A stretch of DNA of 64,000 bases from contig JAGWYL010000001.1 of NCBI GenBank assembly GCA_018969385.1, forward strand, positions 2,677-66,676, read 5' to 3'. The position numbers and the translations under genes are program-made. The DNA comes from Patescibacteria group bacterium (GTDB lineage Bacteria > Patescibacteriota > Minisyncoccia > Phycocordibacterales > Phycocordibacteraceae). Numbering within the stretch: position 1 is the stretch's first letter; each line of letters starts with the position of its first letter. Shown piece after piece: positions 1 to 9,857 of the stretch. The notes under the pieces are model-generated. The model was not told where the DNA came from, made no database searches, and saw only the letters and a list, made by a program, of their open reading frames with translations.

Positions 1-2348
1 GAGAGCTTCGCGCCGAGCGCCACATCGTGCGGGAACCCGCCTTCGCTCGCGATGACGTGCACCTTTTCCGTGAGGAGCAGCCTCGTCGCTTCGGGCACCT
101 TGCTCATGTCGCCTCCGTGGGCGGCGAGGATTTCCGCCTTGTGCGCGAGCGCCTGCGCCTTAAGGCCGAGGAGCATCTGCTCGTAGCCGCGGCCCGCGCT
201 CACCTCGACCGGGCTCCACTGCATCGGCGCCGTCGGAACCTCGACGATCGGAGCGGGGCCAGGGGAAAGGTGCGTTTCAACTCCGGCGAGATGTCCTGCT
301 TCGAACGTTCCGGCGGGACTAACGTGTCCCAGAAATGGCTGCATGCCTGCTGCCGTGCGCTTTGCGGCGAGCGCAGCGGGGTCGATGGCGTGTCCCGCGC
401 CGGGCGGCGCGATGTCTATCGTCACGTGGTCGCTCGGCACGCCCGCGTTAAGCGCATGGAGGGCGGCATGCTCTGCCGAGACGACATTCGCGACGCCCTC
501 CGACCACATATGCTCTACCCAGCCGATGAGCTCGTCCCCGCCGGCGACTTCGAACACCTCTTTCACCGCGGCGCCCGCCATGCCGCTTCCGACGAGGAGT
601 CCGGCCACGAGCGCGGCCGTATGCTTCGCGATGCTCACGGCGACATGGCGCTCCGTCATGCCCGCGTTCTTTTCCATCTTTCCGTACAGGTTCTCGATAA
701 CGCCTTCCATGGCCGTGTAGGTCGCGGCACCGCCGAGCGCGCGCTGCGCCGCCATAGCGCTTGAGATGGTATAGAGCCACGCGGCACCCGCTCCCGCAAA
801 AGAGAGACCGAGCGCCGACGCGCCGAGCGTCGCGGACACGGCGAGCTTGTACTTCATGGGCAGATGCCGGTACCACTCCGCCACGTCCTTCACGCGGCTG
901 CCCATCCATTTGAGAGAGACGAGCGCCTTTTCGCCGTTCGTGCGTTCGCGATCCTTAAGGAACGCGCTGAGCGCTTTCCCCTTTTCCGTCGTGAACGCGA
1001 ATGCTTCTTTCCCCTTGCCCGAAACGACGCCGAGCGCTTCGCCCGTGGCGCGCGCCGCGCTCATGGCGCCCTTCGCGCCTTTGCCGATGCCTTCGCGAAG
1101 CGCCTTCAGCGTGCTCGACGCGCTTGACACCGCCGGTAGAGCCCACTCGCCAAGCGCGCGCATCTTCTCGCCGACGCCGGCGAATCGTCCCCCGAGATAT
1201 CCGCCGAGCGCTTTGAACTTTTCAGAGCCCGTTTCGATGACCTTGTCCTTCGCTTCCGGGAACTGCTTCACGAGACGCGCGAGCGTCTCGTGAAGCGCCT
1301 CATATTCTCTTGCCCCTCCTCCCTGCTCCGACTCTTCGGAGTCACTGAGCGCGTCGAGCGAAATCGGTTCTGACCGTCCCTCATCGTGCTCAGCTCGACG
1401 TGCCTCATATGCAGCGCGCTGTGCATCGAGACGCGCTTGCTCGGCGGATTTCGGCTGCGTCTTGCGCATCTCGTAATCGTCTATCTTTCCGGGCTGTTTA
1501 GGCAGCGGTTCTTCGTATACTGACTCCGGTGCGGAGACTGGCTCTGACACCGGTTGGGTTTGCAACTCCGCGGCTTCAAGTCCTACCGCGAGTCCTTCGG
1601 GCGTGACGCGGAGCGAGGATACGGGAGCTCCGTACTCCTTCGTGAAGTGCGCCTTAATAGCATCATTGAAATTCGCGAGATTGTCTTTAATCATGCCCTC
1701 GACGAATCCACGCGCTTGTATGTTCAGGTCGCGTATCGCGAGCGAATCTCCGTCATTCGCAATCGTACCGTTTAGTGTAATGGCGCCTCCGAGCAATCCC
1801 GCATCAAGCTTCGCGGCAATATGCGCGCCTTCCGGCGTTGGCTCTACCACAAGCGAAGTTATTTTCGCTTTCCCGCGTAGCTGCTTGCGCACGATAGCTT
1901 CGAGGTCTTCGAGCGGAACTATCTTCGCCGCAGCAGCACGTTCCAGCGACTCCCCACCAGGAAGGGCAGGTTCCGTCATGGGTGTTCTGTCGGATTTTGC
2001 AGCGTCCTCAAGCGCGATTTCCGTATGCACCTGCGCGAGAATCTCGTTTCCGGCATCAGGAATGATGCCTGCAGCATGCATCTTCTCGAGCACCTCTTCC
2101 TTCGTAGGCGCTCGTCCGGCAGCCATCGCTTCGTCTATCAAGCGACGCGCATACGCTTCGTAATCGGGCTCGAGAACCTGCTCGGACTCCGGAGCGGTTT
2201 CTGATTCAGATATGGGTGTTTCCGCGCTACCCGCGAGCGGATGCGCGGCGAGCGCGTCCATGCCATGACCGGCGGATTTGGGTTTGGGTTTGCCCTTCTT
2301 ACCCTTTTTGCCGCTCCCCGGCGGGAATTCTACGTCGTCGTTTGCCAT
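1..2348 (-). CDS. Large hypothetical Ala/Gly/Glu-rich protein (>782 aa), C-terminal end beyond window edge; Lys-rich N-terminus (MANDDVEFPPGSGKKGKKGKPKPK...) and hydrophobic segments toward the C-terminus
   Basis: Minus-strand ATG at 2348..2346 (plus-strand cat at 2346-2348). This frame has no stop down to position 1. The ORF track lists no ORF in this frame, as expected for a frame running off the edge. The first ~45 codons were translated by hand and the composition is protein-like. It lies 5 nt downstream of the ATPase gene on the same strand. Confidence 0.5.
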   Translation of the reverse strand, partial: MANDDVEFPPGSGKKGKKGKPKPKSAGHGMDALAAHPLAGSAETPISESETAPESEQVLEPDYEAYARRLIDEAMAAGRAPTKEEVLEKMHAAGIIPDAGNEILAQVHTEIALEDAAKSDRTPMTEPALPGGESLERAAAAKIVPLEDLEAIVRKQLRGKAKITSLVVEPTPEGAHIAAKLDAGLLGGAITLNGTIANDGDSLAIRDLNIQARGFVEGMIKDNLANFNDAIKAHFTKEYGAPVSSLRVTPEGLAVGLEAAELQTQPVSEPVSAPESVYEEPLPKQPGKIDDYEMRKTQPKSAEQARLDAQRAAYEARRAEHDEGRSEPISLDALSDSEESEQGGGAREYEALHETLARLVKQFPEAKDKVIETGSEKFKALGGYLGGRFAGVGEKMRALGEWALPAVSSASSTLKALREGIGKGAKGAMSAARATGEALGVVSGKGKEAFAFTTEKGKALSAFLKDRERTNGEKALVSLKWMGSRVKDVAEWYRHLPMKYKLAVSATLGASALGLSFAGAGAAWLYTISSAMAAQRALGGAATYTAMEGVIENLYGKMEKNAGMTERHVAVSIAKHTAALVAGLLVGSGMAGAAVKEVFEVAGGDELIGWVEHMWSEGVANVVSAEHAALHALNAGVPSDHVTIDIAPPGAGHAIDPAALAAKRTAAGMQPFLGHVSPAGTFEAGHLAGVETHLSPGPAPIVEVPTAPMQWSPVEVSAGRGYEQMLLGLKAQALAHKAEILAAHGGDMSKVPEATRLLLTEKVHVIASEGGFPHDVALGAKL

Positions 2349-2353
2349 GGACA

Positions 2354-5233
2354 TTACGAGAGATAGCGCGTATGAATCGTCTGTTCAACAGTAGCACGGT
2401 CGCGCCCGTAGGTCAGGTAGGAAAGCTGCTTCAGGTCCTCTATCTGCGCCTCATTGCCGGCCACGGGGGGAAGCGTCTTTATATTGAACGGCTTCTGCGG
2501 CACGCCGCCCGCGAGCATCTTGAGATAGCAGTTGTAGTTCTCTATGTTCACGAAATCGAGCGCGGCGAACGTGGGTGCGAACTGCTTCTCGAAGTATTCC
2601 GCGTCTTCTTCGCCCACGCGGAATACCGCCATGGAACCCACGTTGCCGAAGACCGCGTCGCGTATCTTCTCGTCCACCTGCGCGAGGAACTGGTGCGCGA
2701 TGGTGAGCGCGAGCCTATACTTGCGCGCCTCGGAAAGGATGCCGGGGATGGAATCCGTGGTGATGTTCTGGAACTCGTCTATGTAGAGGTAGAACGGCGG
2801 GAAATCGCCGCGCGGATTGTCGGCGCGCGAGAGCGCGGCCATGAAGAGCTTGCCGACCAGTATGAGCCCGAGGAGGTTCGCATTCCGCTCTCCCAGGCGG
2901 CCCTTCGAAAGGTTCACAAGGAGTATCTTCTTCCCGTCTATGACCTCGCGGAACTTGAACGACGACTCCTGCTGGCCGATGATGGGACGCATGAAATCGT
3001 TCGCGGTGAAGTCGTCGAACTTGTTCGTGATGTACGGGACGATGTTCTCAAGGGACGCTTCGCCGCCGGCTTTCGTCGCTATCTCGTTCCAGAACTGATT
3101 CACCACCGGATTCCTGCTTTTCGAAAGCTTCATCTTGCGGAAGGCGTCGTTCGAAAGCACGCGCCCGATGTCCATGAGCGTCGAGCCCGACGCCGGGTCC
3201 TCCATGACGAGGAGCGTGGCGTTCCGGAAGTACTGCTCGAACGCGGGACCCATGCTTTCGGGCACGTCGCCGTAGAGGCGGCGGAAAATCGCGAGCAGCT
3301 CGTTCACGATGAACGTCTTCTGCTCGGGATAGGCGGGGTCGTACTCGAGCAGGTTCAAGCCGAACGGACGCGCGGTGTATGCGGGGTCGAAGTAGATGAC
3401 GTCCTCGTAGCGCTCCGGCGGGACGGCGGCGAGCACGTCGAGGATGTCGTTCCCGTGCGGGTCGATGAAACAGACGCCGCGTCCCGCCTTGATGTCCTGT
3501 TCGATGAGCGTCTTCATGAACGACGTCTTTCCGGTTCCTGTCTGGCCGACGATGTAGAAATGGCGGCCGCGGTCCGCTTCGTCAAGGTACGCTTCCGTCG
3601 CCTCGCCGCGGTACGTGTTCGTGCCGAGCAGGAGTCCTTCGTGCGGGAGCGCGAGCGGCGGCGGCGCCATGGTGAAGCGCGACTGCTTCAGGTGCGGCGA
3701 GGATTCGATGCCCTTCGGCGGGAAGTGGTAGATGGTGGTGAGCTCGCGAAGCGAGAGCGGCATCATCGCGCCCCGCTCGGGCGTGCGGAAGGTGAAATCA
3801 CGGAAGAGCCTGCGCGCGCGACCTCCGGTCGCGCGCGCGAATTCGATGCGATTGCCGCGCGTATTCGCGAACTGGTTGAACGAAGACTCGAGCTCCGAAA
3901 GCACCTGCTGCGTCCGCGCCGCGTCCTTGCCGGATACGATGAAGCGGACTTCCGCGCCGACGATGGGCGACGCCATCTTGCGCTCCACCATCTCTATGTC
4001 CGCCTTGTTCGCTTCGGTCTGCCTTCGCCGCTCATCCTCTTCGTCGCGCTTCTCCTTGGTCTTGATGCTGAAGAACGTCTTGCCGATGTCGCGCGCCGCT
4101 TCTCCGAGGAGCGTCTCGGGCGTCGAGAGCGCTTTCGCGCGATGCTCGCCCTTCCGGAGCGCATTCAGGATCTTGCGGTAGTGCTCGATATGCTCGTTGC
4201 CGCGCGGCTCGACGAGTATCTGCAGCGCCGCGCCCTCCCCCTCGGCGGCGATCTTCGCGAACGAGTTCAGAAGCGCGTTCAGCGGGTCGTAGTCGAACTC
4301 TTCGTAATCCTTGAGCGGAAGCACGTGACGCTCGGCGAGCGTCGCCACCGAACCCGCAGCCGCGCCGTCTTTCACGAAGATGTTGTAGTCGTTCGGCTGC
4401 CGCGCGATGAGCGCGTTCGGGAAGATGGCGAGGAGCTGCTTCTCGAACAGGTCGCACCTGCCGTTCGGAACGGACACGTAGAAATACAGTTCCGGGCGGT
4501 TCGCCGCGACCGCGAGCTCGACGGTGAAATAGTGCGGCTCGCCGCGGCGCGCTTCCTCGACGGAAAGCATTCCGGCGTAGAACTGCTCCATCGCGGAGAT
4601 GAGCTCCTTGAGCGTCTTCGTGCGCACCGCCTGCTCTTCCTCCGCTTCCGGTTCGGGCAGCGCCACTTCGTAGAGCGTCATGTGAAGCGCCTTCCAGTCC
4701 GGCGCGTTCTCCGAATATCCGGTTACGGGCAGTCCCGCGAGCACGTACTGCACGAGGTATCGGTGGAAGTCATCCTCCACGTGCGGGTTATGCATCTTCT
4801 CAAGAACGGAAAGCGCGTTCCGGATGCCGCGCGTCTCCATGACGCCGCGCAGTTCGCGGATGGTCCCGTCATCGTCCTCCGGTTCGAGCGATGCGGCGAT
4901 TTCCGCTATCTCATCCGCGGGCGCATGGTACTCGGGCGCGAGCATCGCATGCGCGGCGGTATTCGCGTGCCGCAGAATCGCCTCTTTCGCGATGGTCGGA
5001 CGCTCGGCGGTCGCGACGGCGGAGCCTTTGAGCGAAGCGAGTTCCCGCTCTTTCGCGGCAACCTGCGCGCGCAGATACGCAAGCTCATCCTGCGGTGACG
5101 CAAGCGGCTTCGCCGGACCCTCTATGGCTCCCATCATTACGTCCAGTATACCCAGCACTGACCGTTTGTTCCTAGGCTGCCCGGCGGAACAGTGTGCATT
5201 GCAGGGTACATAAGCGCGGTTAACGCCGGGCAC
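2354..5233 (-). CDS. Large P-loop NTPase of the type IV secretion/conjugation ATPase superfamily (VirB4/TraC/TraG-like, AAA-like DUF87-type)
   Basis: 959-aa ORF. Walker A FYIVGQTGTGKTSF and Walker B-like LYIDEFQN are present. The annotated start at 5233 is GTG. An alternative ATG-ATG start lies at 5137/5134 (MMGAIEGP). Confidence 0.6.
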   Translation of the reverse strand: MPGVNRAYVPCNAHCSAGQPRNKRSVLGILDVMMGAIEGPAKPLASPQDELAYLRAQVAAKERELASLKGSAVATAERPTIAKEAILRHANTAAHAMLAPEYHAPADEIAEIAASLEPEDDDGTIRELRGVMETRGIRNALSVLEKMHNPHVEDDFHRYLVQYVLAGLPVTGYSENAPDWKALHMTLYEVALPEPEAEEEQAVRTKTLKELISAMEQFYAGMLSVEEARRGEPHYFTVELAVAANRPELYFYVSVPNGRCDLFEKQLLAIFPNALIARQPNDYNIFVKDGAAAGSVATLAERHVLPLKDYEEFDYDPLNALLNSFAKIAAEGEGAALQILVEPRGNEHIEHYRKILNALRKGEHRAKALSTPETLLGEAARDIGKTFFSIKTKEKRDEEDERRRQTEANKADIEMVERKMASPIVGAEVRFIVSGKDAARTQQVLSELESSFNQFANTRGNRIEFARATGGRARRLFRDFTFRTPERGAMMPLSLRELTTIYHFPPKGIESSPHLKQSRFTMAPPPLALPHEGLLLGTNTYRGEATEAYLDEADRGRHFYIVGQTGTGKTSFMKTLIEQDIKAGRGVCFIDPHGNDILDVLAAVPPERYEDVIYFDPAYTARPFGLNLLEYDPAYPEQKTFIVNELLAIFRRLYGDVPESMGPAFEQYFRNATLLVMEDPASGSTLMDIGRVLSNDAFRKMKLSKSRNPVVNQFWNEIATKAGGEASLENIVPYITNKFDDFTANDFMRPIIGQQESSFKFREVIDGKKILLVNLSKGRLGERNANLLGLILVGKLFMAALSRADNPRGDFPPFYLYIDEFQNITTDSIPGILSEARKYRLALTIAHQFLAQVDEKIRDAVFGNVGSMAVFRVGEEDAEYFEKQFAPTFAALDFVNIENYNCYLKMLAGGVPQKPFNIKTLPPVAGNEAQIEDLKQLSYLTYGRDRATVEQTIHTRYLS

Positions 5234-5243
5234 TGCCTAGAAC

Positions 5244-5289
5244 TCATTTCAAAACTCACGGCGAACGAAGGATGTGCGGTTTGAAAGCC
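5244..5289 (-). terminator. Imperfect hairpin (tttcaaaac...ggtttgaaa) followed on the minus strand by a U-rich run, downstream of pyrB
   Basis: Inverted repeat seen in the sequence immediately after the pyrB stop (5292). Confidence 0.3.
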
Positions 5290-5291
5290 TC

Positions 5292-6191
5292 CTAGCGCCC
5301 GAGGAGGTCGGCCAGGAGCGCCATGCGCACGTGCACGCCATACTTGGCTTGTTTGAAATAGACCGCGTGCGGCGAAGTGTCTACAGCAACGTCAATCTCA
5401 TCCACGCGAGGCAGAGGATGCATTATGATGCCCTTGTCTTTCATGCTCGCTGCATATTCCGATGTCAGGATGTATTTTCCCTTGAACCGCTCGTACTCTT
5501 CCGGGCTCGCGAAGCGCTCTTTCTGGATGCGCGTCTGATAGATCGCATCTGCCGCGTGCGCTTCTTCGAACGATTCCGAATCGCGGAACGGGATGCCGTG
5601 CCGCGTGAGGTATTCCCGTATGTCTTCTCCCATGGCGAGCTCCGGCGGAGAAACGAAGACGAGCTCCTTCGGCTCGAACTTGCCGAGAAGATATACGAAC
5701 GAACGTGCAGCACGGCCGTTCTTGAGATCGCCCACGAGCGCAACGGTCTTTCCGTCTATGCCGCCCGCTTCCTTCTGGAGCGTATACGTGTCGAGGAGCG
5801 CCTGCGTCGGATGCTGACCCGCTCCATCGCCTGCGTTGATGATAGGCACGTCCGACGCTTCCGCCGCGCGCGCGGCCGCGCCCTTCTCAAAGTGACGCAA
5901 GACGATGACGTCCGCGTACTGGCTCACTATCTTCGCCGTGTCTTCTATCGTCTCGCCTTTCACCGCGGACGAGACTTCGTTCGCGTTCTCGGTGGCGATG
6001 ACGCCGCCGTCGAGCCGGTGCATCGCGCTCTCGAACGAGAGCCTTGTCCGCGTGGACGGCTCGTAGAACAGCGTCGCGAGAATCTTTCCCGTGAGCAGAG
6101 GCTTGGGCTTCTTTCCGAGCTTCTCCGCGCTCTTGAACAGCTTCTCCAGGTACGGGCGGTCGAACTGCTGCGCTTCGAGGATGTGGTTCAT
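5292..6191 (-). CDS. pyrB: Aspartate carbamoyltransferase catalytic subunit
   Basis: 299 aa with YEPSTRTR, HPTQ and HPLPRVDEI motifs. ATG confirmed at 6191. Confidence 0.9.
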   Translation of the reverse strand: MNHILEAQQFDRPYLEKLFKSAEKLGKKPKPLLTGKILATLFYEPSTRTRLSFESAMHRLDGGVIATENANEVSSAVKGETIEDTAKIVSQYADVIVLRHFEKGAAARAAEASDVPIINAGDGAGQHPTQALLDTYTLQKEAGGIDGKTVALVGDLKNGRAARSFVYLLGKFEPKELVFVSPPELAMGEDIREYLTRHGIPFRDSESFEEAHAADAIYQTRIQKERFASPEEYERFKGKYILTSEYAASMKDKGIIMHPLPRVDEIDVAVDTSPHAVYFKQAKYGVHVRMALLADLLGR

Positions 6192-6202
6192 ATATGAGAA
6201 GA

Positions 6203-6811
6203 TTAGTGGAGTCCGAGCGTTTTCTCAACCATCCCTATCAGGGACGTTGCGTCGACGATCTGCACGTCTATCACGTGACGGGCATACGTCTTGGTCGGTT
6301 CTACGTATCGTTCGTGCATAGGAACAAGAATCTTCCGTTCGTACTCTGGAATCTTAAAGTGCGCCCGGCGTTCGTATCGTACCTCGTGAGGTAAATCGAG
6401 GAAGAATGAGTCGTCCAACAGGACGCGTATACGTTCATCGAAAAGCGATAGGAAGCCCTCAAGTAGAATGATAGGCCTCGGCGTGATGATAACGGGAATC
6501 CTAACATGCGTATTAGCGAACTCAGGATTCAAACGGGCATTCTTCGTGCGTATCGTTACCGCTTCGCCTCCCTTCAGGCGCTTCAGATCACGGAGCAATC
6601 TCTGGAAATCAAGCGCATCCGGATGATCCCAGCAAGGGAATCCCTCCACTACCGGGACGTCCTCCTTCGGTTTCAAGTAGTCGTCGAGTTGAACCAGTCC
6701 GACTTCGCTCGAATGCCGTTCGAGAAGCGACTCGCAAAGGGTGGATTTTCCCGAACCAGACCCTCCGGCAATGGCGATGATGTGCACGTCGAATGCGCTA
6801 CTTGCGGTCAT
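6203..6811 (-). CDS. udk: Uridine kinase family P-loop kinase
   Basis: 202 aa with P-loop IIAIAGGSGSGKST. ATG at 6811 overlaps the LOG stop (tcatga). Confidence 0.65.
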   Translation of the reverse strand: MTASSAFDVHIIAIAGGSGSGKSTLCESLLERHSSEVGLVQLDDYLKPKEDVPVVEGFPCWDHPDALDFQRLLRDLKRLKGGEAVTIRTKNARLNPEFANTHVRIPVIITPRPIILLEGFLSLFDERIRVLLDDSFFLDLPHEVRYERRAHFKIPEYERKILVPMHERYVEPTKTYARHVIDVQIVDATSLIGMVEKTLGLH

Positions 6812-7332
6812 GACGCAAGCGCTGCAAGCACATCTTCCACGGCGTCCGCGAAGGCGACATAGTACGAAAGCGAGTGCGCGAGAAACCCTTCCGATTCCAT
6901 GCGCTCCATGAGCGTTCGAAGACCGTCGTAATATCCGGCGATATTGAATATGACGATGCGCTTATCGTGAAGCTGATGTTTCTTCAGTTCCATCATCTCG
7001 GTAATCTCGTCGAGCGTTCCTATGCCGCCCGGCAGGACCACGAACGCATCGGCATGCTTCATGAAAAGCGACTTTCGCTCCGGCAAGTCCTTCGCGACGA
7101 GTATCTCGTCGGACTCCTGCCGCACCGACTGCCTGAGTTTCTCGAACGTAATGGATGTCACGCGTGCGCCGTTCCTCTGCGCGATGTCCGCGACGCGCTT
7201 CATGAGTCCCACGTTCGACCCTCCGAAGACCAAGTGGTGTCCGGCTTTCGCGAACCGTTCGACGAATTCTTCCGCGGGTTTTGCGTACTTCTCGTCGATG
7301 TCCTTGAACGAGCAGAATACGGCTATATTCAT
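6808..7332 (-). CDS. LOG family protein (cytokinin riboside 5'-monophosphate phosphoribohydrolase-like, TIGR00730)
   Basis: PGGIGTLDEITE motif. The ATG at 7332 forms an ATGA overlap with the pyrF stop. The track's 7341 start is GTG. Confidence 0.7.
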   Translation of the reverse strand: MNIAVFCSFKDIDEKYAKPAEEFVERFAKAGHHLVFGGSNVGLMKRVADIAQRNGARVTSITFEKLRQSVRQESDEILVAKDLPERKSLFMKHADAFVVLPGGIGTLDEITEMMELKKHQLHDKRIVIFNIAGYYDGLRTLMERMESEGFLAHSLSYYVAFADAVEDVLAALAS

Positions 7333-8123
7333 ACGCGACACGAATTAATCTCGTCCCGGAGCTTCTTCGCTTCCGCGCCCGGATCGTCGGTGAATATGAT
7401 ACCGCGGGACGAATTGATGATAAGACCGAGACCCTCCGAGTTCTTGCCGTTCGGCACTACCTCCGTGGCGCTGCCGCCCTGTTTCCCCACGCCAGGGACG
7501 AGGAGCGTCATGTCGCCCACGCTCGCACGGATTTCCGCGAGCTCTTCGGGGTACGTCGCTCCGGCGACAAGCATGCAGTTCCCGTTCGCGTTCCATTCGC
7601 TTGCGGCTTTCTCCGCGACTATCTTCCACTGCGGCTTCCCGTCCGTCATGAGGTTCTGGAACTCGCCTGAACCTTCGTTCGACGTTCGACAGAGGATGAT
7701 GCAGGTCTTGTCGCTGCGCGAGAGGAACGGTTCGAGCGCCCTCCCGCCCTGGTACGGCTGAAGCGTGATGGCATCGAAGCCGAGCCAGTCGAATACGGAC
7801 GTCGCGTAGCCGTTGTTCGTATTACCGATGTCGCCGCGCTTCGCGTCGTCTATGGTGAAGATGTCCGGATGCTCGCTTCGGAGATAGTCCGCGGTCCGCT
7901 TCAGTTCGCGCATGCCGGCGTCGCCCCGCGCCTCGTAGAACGCGGAGTTCGGCTTGTACGCGGCCGCATATTCGTGCGTCTCGTCGATTATCCATTTGTT
8001 GAACTCGAATTGCGGTTCATCCATTTTCTTGAACCGCTCCGGAAGCTTGTCGAAATCGGGGTCGAGCCCCACGCACAGGAGCGAATCGACCTTCTTCGCG
8101 CGTTCGTCGTATTTTGCATTCAT
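7329..8123 (-). CDS. pyrF: Orotidine 5'-phosphate decarboxylase (type 2)
   Basis: DDAKRGDIGNT motif. The ATG at 8123 forms an ATGA overlap with the pyrE stop. The track's start at 8159 is GTG. Confidence 0.85.
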   Translation of the reverse strand: MNAKYDERAKKVDSLLCVGLDPDFDKLPERFKKMDEPQFEFNKWIIDETHEYAAAYKPNSAFYEARGDAGMRELKRTADYLRSEHPDIFTIDDAKRGDIGNTNNGYATSVFDWLGFDAITLQPYQGGRALEPFLSRSDKTCIILCRTSNEGSGEFQNLMTDGKPQWKIVAEKAASEWNANGNCMLVAGATYPEELAEIRASVGDMTLLVPGVGKQGGSATEVVPNGKNSEGLGLIINSSRGIIFTDDPGAEAKKLRDEINSCRV

Positions 8124-8764
8124 GCGGGTGGAGTCCAGTTGTGCGGATCCTTCGTCCACGCGAGTATGGCGTCTACTTCAGCGTCCGATATCTTTTCCAT
8201 CGCGCGAGCCTCCTCAAGGATAACCGGGAATGACGTGAGCGAATGCAGCCGCACCTTCTCATTCGCGAACGCTTCCGCCGACTCGGGGAAATCGTACGTG
8301 ACGATGACCATGGCGTCCGTCACCGTCGCGCCTTCATCGCGAAGCGCCCCGACTGCGGCGAGACTGCTGCCGCCGGTCGTGACGAGGTCCTCAATGAGGA
8401 GGACATTCATGCCGGTGACGTCGCCGCCCTCGACACGCTTCTTGGTACCGTGGTCCTTCGGCTTCTTGCGGATGAATACGGAGGGCGTGGCCATGTGAAA
8501 GCCGAGTGCGGCGCTGTGCGGAATTCCGGCAGCCTCGACACCGGCGACAACGTCGGGTTTCAATCCTTCCTTCTTGATAAGTTCTGCGAACCCTTCTATG
8601 ACCTTCCGCCACTCCGCCGGGTGAAACGGAAAGCGTCGATTGTCGACATATACTGGTCCGAGGATTCCCGATGCGAACGTGATGGGCTCCTTTACCCTAA
8701 AGCCGACCGAACCTATCTGAATAAGCGCTCGCGCTATCTCTCGTGAAGTCTCCATATTATCCAT
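8120..8764 (-). CDS. pyrE: Orotate phosphoribosyltransferase
   Basis: 214 aa with PRTase motif VLLIEDLVTTGGS. ATG at 8764 overlaps the pyrD stop by 8 nt. Confidence 0.85.
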   Translation of the reverse strand: MDNMETSREIARALIQIGSVGFRVKEPITFASGILGPVYVDNRRFPFHPAEWRKVIEGFAELIKKEGLKPDVVAGVEAAGIPHSAALGFHMATPSVFIRKKPKDHGTKKRVEGGDVTGMNVLLIEDLVTTGGSSLAAVGALRDEGATVTDAMVIVTYDFPESAEAFANEKVRLHSLTSFPVILEEARAMEKISDAEVDAILAWTKDPHNWTPPA

Positions 8765-9848
8765 CAGGATATGCGGCTTTTATTTCACGCGCCAGATACG
8801 GATTCCACATGGCGCCGGTGGCGCTCATCACCACGTCCGCGCCCGCGTCGCGATACGCGCGGAAGTCCGCGGGCGTGGTCACGCCGCCGACGCCGATGAC
8901 CGAGTACCGCATGCCGAGCTCCTTCCGGAGCGCAGTGAGCCGCTTCGTCATGTCGAGCCCCGCCCACTTCACCGGCGCGCCGCAGATGCCGCTTTTGAGA
9001 CGCCACTCGCCTCCCGGCAGCGCCTGCGTTCCGTCGGCCTTGCGGACGGGCGCGGAAATCGTGTTTATGGCGGCGATGCCGTCCACGAGCGGGCCGACCG
9101 TCTCGACGAATGCACGGAGCTCTTCGTCGCTCTCGAAGTACGAGACCTTCACGACGAGCGGCGTCGCGCCGATTTTCTTGCGGATAGCTTCGATGATGGT
9201 TGCCGAGAGCGCGGCATCGTAACAAAGGAGCCGCTTCACGAGGTCGCCTTCGTTCGGACAGCTCAGATTGAGCTCGATGCTGTGCACGCCGGTCTCGTTC
9301 ATGAGCTTCGCTACCTCCGCCCAGTCCGCGATGAAATCCTTTTCGCTTGCGTCCGGCGACCAGCGCGTTCCCTCCACCATGCCGGACACCGCCTGGCCTG
9401 GGCGCCCTTTCGCGTACGCCATGAGTTCACGGACATCCTTCCGCCAGACTTCCGGCGGATACGAAGGGTTGCCGAATGAGTTCGTGATGGCGAGCGGTTC
9501 CGCGTATGAGTCCTTCACCGTGAGCCCTGCTGCCGCTTGCCTAAGCGTGAGGTCGCCCGAGACGTCGACCGGCAGGACGTTCGGCCATTCATTGCATTTC
9601 TTCTCGCGCGAACGCACGGTCTTGTAGACCGGAGCGTCAAATCCCTTTTCCATCGCGGCGCGCATGAAGGCGGCATTAACGAGCGGCCCGGCAGGGATAC
9701 CGAACGGATAGGAAATCTTCCGTCCCAGGAAGTCGAAACGCGGTTCGCTTTCGGGGAGCGTGACGCCATCGGCGAATCCGCCGAACGGTCCCTCTTCCCA
9801 GTTCTCGTAATAGGTCTTGTCGGGATCGTAAAACGGTTCGTGCAGCAT
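8757..9848 (-). CDS. pyrD: Dihydroorotate dehydrogenase
   Basis: 363-aa DHOD-like protein with a TIM-barrel flavoprotein signature. ATG confirmed at 9848. Confidence 0.85.
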   Translation of the reverse strand: MLHEPFYDPDKTYYENWEEGPFGGFADGVTLPESEPRFDFLGRKISYPFGIPAGPLVNAAFMRAAMEKGFDAPVYKTVRSREKKCNEWPNVLPVDVSGDLTLRQAAAGLTVKDSYAEPLAITNSFGNPSYPPEVWRKDVRELMAYAKGRPGQAVSGMVEGTRWSPDASEKDFIADWAEVAKLMNETGVHSIELNLSCPNEGDLVKRLLCYDAALSATIIEAIRKKIGATPLVVKVSYFESDEELRAFVETVGPLVDGIAAINTISAPVRKADGTQALPGGEWRLKSGICGAPVKWAGLDMTKRLTALRKELGMRYSVIGVGGVTTPADFRAYRDAGADVVMSATGAMWNPYLAREIKAAYPDG

Positions 9849-9857
9849 GAATCCAGG

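Noticed and set aside
27-2163. Plus-strand ORFs 27..764, 847..1293 and 1603..2163, and minus ORFs 448..909 and 955..1146
   Set aside because: All are off-frame or antisense to the long open minus-strand frame ending at 2348. Arg-rich translations.
2216-5098. 960-aa plus-strand ORF
   Set aside because: Exactly antisense to the T4SS-type ATPase. Arg/Glu/Leu-rich low-complexity translation typical of a high-GC antisense frame.
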